Source: Eledone cirrhosa (lineage: Eukaryota). Taken from it: a stretch of DNA of 64,000 nt. Numbering within the stretch: the stretch's first letter is position 1; every line of letters starts with the position of its first letter. A program made the position numbers and the translations under genes. The notes under the pieces are model-generated. The model had not been told where the DNA came from, ran no database searches, and saw only the letters and a list, made by a program, of their open reading frames with translations. This document shows positions 56,747 to 64,000 of the stretch, one piece after another. The stretch spans positions 354,206,001 to 354,270,000 of the forward strand of contig OZ024740.1 in the NCBI GenBank assembly GCA_964016885.1, in the 5' to 3' direction.

Positions 56747-59520
56747 TCATCATCATCATCGTTTAACGTCCATCTTCCACGCATTTCCCACTTGAGCCAA
56801 GAGTGGTTGTCTTGCTCGCATAGGACTGTCTGGCAGGTATTCTACGGCTGGATGCCCTTCCTAACATCAACCACGTTTACAGTGTGGACTGGGTGGTTTT
56901 TACCGTGTTACCTACATGGCCACATTACAGCGTGGACTGTGTGTTTTTTTGTCGTGACACCTACACGACCTCATTTGTTTCGGACTGGATGTTGTGGTAC
57001 CAACATAACTTCACATGGAAAGGGATGGGGTGGGGGTAGTGGGACGGGGGTGTATTTTTGTTAGAGGTGCCTACTGACTGTGGTAGGTTTCACTTTGTAC
57101 TTAGGCAAGGCGGGTCTTCTGTATTACTGTGTAGCATCAAAGATCTTGGTCCAGTGACATTGTCTTGGAGAGGTGTAAGTGTGTGAGGTCGGAATTTATC
57201 AAGTCGTCCCAGGTTTTTCTGGGTCTGCCTACTCCGTGGCTACCGTCTATTTTTATCGCCCTGCACTTTTTTATACAGCTGTCGTCTTTCATGCGCATCA
57301 CGTGACCATACCAACGTAGTCTTCTCTCGAGTAAACAGCATCTGATCCCTCTTATTTCTAATTTTTCCCTTAGTTCGTTTATGCTTTGCCGTTCACGTAT
57401 ATTACTATTACACATCCAGCGGAGCATGCAAGCTTCGTTCCTCTCCAGTCTGCGTATATCCTCTGCACACAATGCCCAGGTCTCACTGCCATATAACATT
57501 GCTGTTCGTATGCAGGTATCATACAGCCTGCCTTTCATTTTTAGAGAGAACCCTTTAGCGGCTCATAGTGGTATAAGCTCTCTGAACTTTTTCCATCCAG
57601 TTCTGACTCTAGCTACTGTACTTTCAGAGCACCCTCCACCACTGCTGATTTTGTCACCCAAGTAACGGAAGGTGTCCACTATTTCTATAGAACCATCTGT
57701 GCAATGGAATGAGCTAGTATTCTGTGGGCACTTGCTGCTACTTATTGCACCAGAGCACCGGCCACATGTAAAATCTATGTTCTTAGTTAGCTTACCTGTG
57801 ATGCCACTACATCTTTTATGCACCCATTCTTTGCATTTGGGACATAAAATGGAGTTTCTACCTACTCCTTTCCTATACACTGAGCATGGCCATTTCCCAA
57901 ATGGGACCGGCGCCCTATTTTCCTTCCTACAAACTAGAACTTTAGTCTTAGCCAGGTTAATTTTAAGGCCTTTTGATTCTAGGCCATGCTTCCATGTTTG
58001 GAATTTCTTCTCTAGTTCGGCCATTGATTCAGCTATGAGTGTTAGATCATCTGCGTATAGGAGTTCCCATGGGCAGCCGGTCTTGAACTCCACTGTTATA
58101 GCCTGAAGGGCAATAATAAATAGTAGGGGGCTAAGAACGGAGCCCTGATGAACACCAACTTTTACGCTAAACTCTTCACTATATTCGTTGTCAATTCTAA
58201 CCTTGCTGACTGTTTGTTTATACATGGCTTGTATAGCTCTCACAAGCCATTCATCAACACCTAGTTTTCTAAGAGCCCACCAGATAATGGAACGGGGGAC
58301 TCTGTCGAAGACTTTCTCCAAGTCGACAAAAGCTAAGTATAAGGGTTTACTTTTAGCTAGGTACTTCTCCTGTAGTTGTCGTACAATGAAAAGAGCATCT
58401 GTGGTACTTTTACTTGACAGAAACCCGAACTGCATTTCATCTAGATCAATTCTCTCTCTGATTAGTTGCGCTATTACTTTTTCCGTGACCTTCATGACCT
58501 GGTTGATTAATTTAATGCCTCTATAGTTACTCCTATCTAGGGCATCTCCTTTACCCTTGTAGCAGTTAATGATGATGCTGCTATGCCAGTCCTTCAGAAC
58601 AACCCCATTCTGTATGACTTGGTTTACTATCCGGGTGACCATGGTGTGTCCCAATGTTCCAGAAGCTTTCAGCATTTCAGCAACTATTTCCGAAGGCCCA
58701 GCCGCCTTACCCGTCTTCATATCTTTGATTGCCTTACTTATTATACTACCTTCGACTAACACTGCTGGTCCCTCTATTGGGTCGATGTGGGGGAGACTGT
58801 CTTTCTCCCATTTATTCTCCTCATTTAGTAGCCTTTCGTAGTGACACTTCCAAGCTACCTTCTTATCAGCGTCAGTGATGGCAAGTACACCATCATCATT
58901 AAGGACACACTTCTCCCCGACAATATCACGGTTTTCCTTGACACATTGCCTAGTAAACCTGAACACCTCACGTTTTTGGTCCTCGCATTGTAGAACATGC
59001 TTGAACTTTCTTTCCTCTGCTTCCCTTCTTGCGAAGTACACTTGTCTCCTAGCTTCCCTCCTGGCCACTTGATAGTCTTCTCTACTTCCCCCATCCTGCC
59101 ATACTTTCCAAGCCTGCTTTTTGTCCTTAATTGACCCCTCCACCTTACTGTTCCACCACCATGTTACTCTCCTCCTGCCTATAGGCCTGCTCCAGCCACA
59201 GACTTCGTCTGCCGCCATCAGCAGGTTTGCTTTCAGGAATTCCCACTTGTCGAAAGCATCAAGTAATATGCTTTTAAATTTATTTCTGGCTGTGGGGTCC
59301 TTTAGCTTCCATATTTTTCTCCTGAGGATAGTCCTCTTCTGCTGTCGAGTACGTCTCGTCCTGACTATGAGGTCGCTAATTATCAGTCTATGTTGGGAGG
59401 TGCATTCTTCATGGGGGAGGGATTTAGTGTTTACAACGGACACTCTGTCACATCTTCTGGTAAGGATATAATCTACCTGGCTGGTATGTTCCCCTGATCT
59501 GTAGGTGATCAAGTGATTGT
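56747..59520 (-). mobile_element. RTE LINE (PHD-type subfamily 1), 5'-truncated within APE
   Basis: 649-aa ORF 57563-59512 (SQVDYIL, SQHRL, RT motifs, PHD with one C>Y change), a premature stop, and an (ATG)n tail. Confidence 0.95.
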
Positions 59521-59553
59521 CTCATGTTCATTAATGTCTTGTGAGTGTGGATT

Positions 59554-59769
59554 AGGGCAGTGGATTGGCAGCATCAGTAGAGCATCAGACACCATGCTTT
59601 GCAGCATAGAGTTACGACCCTTTACGTTCTGAGTTCAAATCCCGTCAATGTTAGCTTCGCCTTTCATCCTTACGGCATCGATAAAATAAAGCTCCAGTAA
59701 TGCACTGGGGTCGATTTAATTGACTTTCCCCTTCCCCCAAATTGCTGGCCTTGTGCATGTAATAGAAAT
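59554..59769 (+). mobile_element. tRNA-derived SINE
   Basis: Same core, flanking repeat CATTAATGTCTTGTGA. Confidence 0.88.
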
Positions 59770-60009
59770 CATTAATGTCTTGTGAATGGAATTTCAGATA
59801 TGTAAACTACAGAAGCCTGTCATATATATATATGTGTGCATCTGTGTGTGTGTGTGCCCCTGTCCCTGTGTATATGTTTGTATCTCTGTCTGAGTTTATG
59901 TTCCATAGCTTAATGGTTTTATTTACATGAGCTAATATTTTGTAGTATGTGGCATTGAGTCTTTAAGTTTGAAGATTGATATTTCCTTTAATTTTAACAT
60001 GTAAAAAGT

Positions 60010-60375
60010 CAGATACATGTACACCAGGTCTGAACACAGAGGAGCCAAACTCCCCATTGTCTCACCCCCATCTCACTCGTCCTCCTCATTTCTCACTATT
60101 ATGAGCAAATGGGGTCCCACGCGCTAGTCGCCCCAAAAAGCCGGCGGACAGAATAGAGAAGGCGTTTCTCTGGAAGATGGTAAGGGAGATACGCTGGAAG
60201 AGCCATTCCATCTTGTGAGGCTCACACCTATGGCTTGCCAGCTCAGCGCCTATGGTGGTAAATAGGGAGGTAGCCCTAGGGCCAAGGACACCAGAAGTCT
60301 CCACTGCTAGGGGCTCGACTGCAAACATTCCGGAGATCAACCGATACTTGGAGAGTTTACCCTCCTCAGCTCGGC
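60010..60375 (-). mobile_element. CRE-clade non-LTR retrotransposon C-terminal (restriction-like endonuclease) remnant
   Basis: KLSKY...PLAVETSGVLGPRA...LFQRISLTIFQRNA fits the CRE-type RLE tail. A related flank sequence lies at about 54148-54212. Confidence 0.7.
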
Positions 60376-61828
60376 AAAAAAAAAAAAAGAAAGAGATCAA
60401 TGAAATTAGTACTAGACTTAAAAATATAAGTATTAATGTCCATATGATCTACTAAACCTTGGCAGAATCCCTAGCATGGCTTCCTTGTACCAAATTCCAC
60501 TTACACGGTATTGGGCAACCCTATGCTATGGTAGAAAACACTTTTAAAACACTTTCCTATGGTGTCATAACAAGGGATTGAACATGGAAATAATATTTTT
60601 AACTTTTTAACCATGGAGCCATTATTTGCTGACTTTCATTCCTTAGGTATTTCAGGTTATCTTAAAATGGACAGTTGAAAGGGTTTCTATCCAGGTGTTG
60701 TCACCAAAAAACCAAAACCAATATTTTGACAAGCAACAACTTATAACACCTGAATTTAACTCCATACTCAATAGCAGATAGTATAAATTGTTTGTGTAAA
60801 TATTTTTAAAGCTAAATGTCTTTTGCTACCAATATCTACTGAACTACAAAATAGATGTTTATTTTGAGTTTGGCAAATTTGAAGTTAAGATAATAATGTG
60901 GCTGACTCAAAGGTTAAACATAATTTCTGTATCAAAGCTTTGAGTTCATGACCTTTTCTTTAGATGGATATATATATATATAATAAAACACCGATAATTT
61001 AAAAAAAACTAGTACAATGCAGTAGAAAAATACAAAGGGCAGATAATGAACAAAACAGGACAAAGTAAAGTTTTACCCAGTATATTTCAACATATTTCAT
61101 GGCTATTACCCTCTTTTCAAATGTGGAGCTGAAATAGTTCAAAGCAAGAAGAATCACTAATGTGTTTTTCCTCTTTAACTGGCCGATGTGTCTGAAATAT
61201 GCATGCATCAAATCGCTGTAACAATCAGTCTGCCTTGTGCATTTCCAATCTGTTATTTATTTTTATCTTTCCTGGCTGATGATAATGGCCTTTTTGATTC
61301 TTAAATTGCCTATATTCTTTTCTGTTGCCTCTATGGTGATATCAATGTCTTGGCTGCAGCACTCTCAAGTTGCTTTTTTAACAGAAGAAGCTCTTGTTGT
61401 CATGTACTGACACTTGAGTAGACATGTTTTAGCATTCAACCTAGTATAATTTCCAGACTGTGATGTAATCATGCAGGTTTATGTATGATGGAGTTTTTGT
61501 ATAAAAATAACGAACAAGGCGGTATTCTGAAATCTTATATCATTTTATTAATTATGTCATTGCTGTTATATATATTTCAATGGTATCAATTATGTAGTTG
61601 ATATGACCGCCCCAGACAGCTATTATGTAATTGTTTATACTGCGATATGTTCTGGGTGAGTATTTTTGATGTTGTCACCTCCAACCTGTTTAACATATAA
61701 ATCTTAATTCATCTTGATTATAACTGCAATTACATCTATATCTTTCATATTTAGCTACAATAATATACATCCTATATTTGTACCCATATGAAAGGGCATT
61801 TGAAAACATGAGAGATGCTTGATCTATA

Positions 61829-62013
61829 ATTGTTTCTACTTTTTGGCACAAGGGCGGCAATTACCCAGTGCATTACTGGTACTTTATTTTATCGACCCCG
61901 TAAGGATGAAAGGAAAAGTCAACCTCGGCGGGATTTGAACTCAGATTGTAAAGGGACGTAACTATGCTGGAAAGCATGGTGTCTGACCCTCTACCGATAC
62001 TGTCAATCCACTG
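61829..62013 (-). mobile_element. tRNA-derived SINE (further partial or old copies near 820-970, 4769-4920, 17012-17180, 27460-27610, 34215-34430, 55727-55806, 63256-63400)
   Basis: Reverse complement of the same core, TSD TGATCTATAAT. Confidence 0.88.
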
Positions 62014-62355
62014 TATGATCTATAATACGCTCAAATAAGTATCATGCTTCTCATGCTTATCTGTCATCACTCTATTGATATTGTGGTTGTTGTTGTTGCT
62101 GCTGCTGTTATTGTTGATGTGGTCCTCGTAGCTGATATTGTACTATTTTGAATAATAACTCTTATCACCCAACACCACTGACGTAACTTTATAGCACACT
62201 TTTGTTTATGCTATCAGGTTAATCAAAATGTGACAGACATATAACCAGCCACTGACAAAGTGAGATTGGCAGCCATTTCTTTGATCTGGCACCAATAAAA
62301 TGCAACACACACAATCTGTGAGATGTCTACTTATAAACTTGAAATACCCATAAAA

Positions 62356-62880
62356 AAGAGGTTCTCAAACTTTTGCGGTCACCGACCCCTCACTGCCACA
62401 TAATACCCTCAGTGCCCCCCCACCACCACCACCAACAACCCTATTTCCAGAGAGACCTGTCTACGCTCACTCAGAGTTGCTGAAGCATGGAACAAACTCC
62501 CGGCATCAGTTATTAGTTGTCGAGACACTGCATCCTTTAAAACCGCCATGCTTCCCGAGATTCGCCAACACTACACCTAATGTTCCCCCTCCATACACAT
62601 ACACACATGTATATCATGACTCATACACTATTCATTTCCCTGACATTTGTATATTATTCTATGTACTATACATGCACCTTTGACGAGTTGTAGTGCACCT
62701 GAGCACTTTACACAATAATTTCATTATTATACTATGTATTAATAAATATATATTTTTTATTTTGCTATATTTATATATATGTAACATTTGATATTTAATA
62801 TAATATTATATCATCTCATCGCCCCTTGGACCTTCTCAAAACCCACCAGGGGGTGGTAGCACCCACTTTGAGAACCTCTG
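62356..62880. mobile_element. hAT-type MITE with a nested CR1 3' fragment
   Basis: TIR (C)AGAGGTTCTCAAA / TTTGAGAACCTCTG and an 8-bp TSD CCATAAAA at 62348-62355 and 62881-62888. Confidence 0.85.
62462..62732 (+). mobile_element. CR1/L2-group LINE 3' end (other copies at about 17255-17685 on + and 55965-56250 on -)
   Basis: RVAEAWNKLPASVISCRDTASFK matches the CR1 ORF2 C-terminal WNxLP...FK motif. Three copies share the 3'UTR. Confidence 0.8.
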
Positions 62881-64000
62881 CCATAAAAGGTCAAATAACT
62901 CTCTAATCATTAATGAGTGGTCAGAGTAATGAGAAATGATCATAAGTGAACTATATTCAACAAATGATTGAAGTAGACATGCCTCAAGAAGTGCTAGATT
63001 GAGAATCTTTTACCAATATTCATTTGTTCAAATCCTGCTGAGATCAACTTTGCCTTTTGTACTTTCAAGGTTGATAAAAAAAGTTCTAGTCTAATACTGG
63101 GGTTGCTTGCTTCCCCTCTATCACTCTCTCTCTCCTTCACTGGAAGAAATGTTTATATGTTTAGACCTGGAGAGGGATGGGCTCTGTCAGGCTTAAAATG
63201 TCACTATGGTGCCCCTATAACTCCATCAGGAGTTATAGGTCCATATATACAAACAAGGTGGCGAATTGGCAGTCATTAGAATGTTGGATAGAATGCTTTA
63301 TGTTATTCGTTCCGGCTCTCTGAGTTCAAATCCCCCTAAGGTCAACTTTGCCTTTCATCCTTTCGAGGTCGATAAAAAAGTACCAGTCTAGTACTGGGGT
63401 TGATCCTTCTTCTCTCTTGAAGAAATCTGCTGTACTCAGGCCTAGAGAGGGATGGGCTACACCAGGCTTAAAATTCCCAAGAAATGCTGTATGTCAATAC
63501 AGCACCCCTACAACTCTATCAGGAGTTACAGGACCACACCATACAAACACACATGCATACATTTTTCTTTTTAGTATAGCTATTATAACTAGATATTCTT
63601 CTTGTCAGAAATCACATTACAGTATCTACTGGGTTCATTTCACCATATCATTAGCACTAGAGACACTCTTCCATGGTTAAAATATCCCTTATTGGAAGTA
63701 TAACAGCAAATGTGTGTAAGGCTGTCTCTCTTACTGTGATGGAGTACCTTTCAGTTGCAAACTGAGGCTGTATTCATGACATCAAAATAGGTTATGTAAA
63801 ATTTAAGTACCAAAGGTAACTTATCATGTTAGCATCCAGTCCTAATAGATTATCAACAACTGGGATTAGGTTGTCAGGCTAGGAGATGCATTGAGAAGAG
63901 TGAGGTAGGGTATGTCAACCATCTATACAGGGTCCAAGTTTGTTGACTTCCTCATGGTGGGCCCTGGAAACTGATCACTGATCTTTAACCATATAACATT

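Overview
This is AT-rich, repeat-dense animal genomic DNA. The SINE families and microsatellite load suggest a cephalopod (Octopus-like), which is an inference. I reconstructed two spliced genes by hand from GT-AG boundaries and phase continuity. (1) A complete 12-coding-exon piRNA-pathway gene, EXD1 (+, 25112-42197, about 742 aa), with an N-terminal Lsm fold, a degenerate DEDDy exonuclease domain and a long low-complexity C-terminus. (2) A divergently oriented, unidentified multi-pass membrane protein gene (-, ATG at 18916, three exons) that runs off the left edge. The rest is transposons. There are seven long RTE-clade LINE copies, all on the minus strand. Five of them carry a full C4HC3 PHD-type zinc finger inserted inside the reverse transcriptase region and one carries half of it. 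Also present are a second Expander/Rex3-like RTE family lacking that finger, a DD37D (maT-type) Tc1/mariner element, hAT, mariner and TTAA-type MITEs, CR1, CRE, R4-like and Gypsy remnants, many tRNA-derived SINEs, a U6 snRNA fragment and a 12-bp minisatellite. The best candidate for something under-described is the PHD-in-RT RTE family, with its (TA)n flank preference, strand uniformity and a UTR module shared with SINEs. No database searches were possible, so novelty is unverified.
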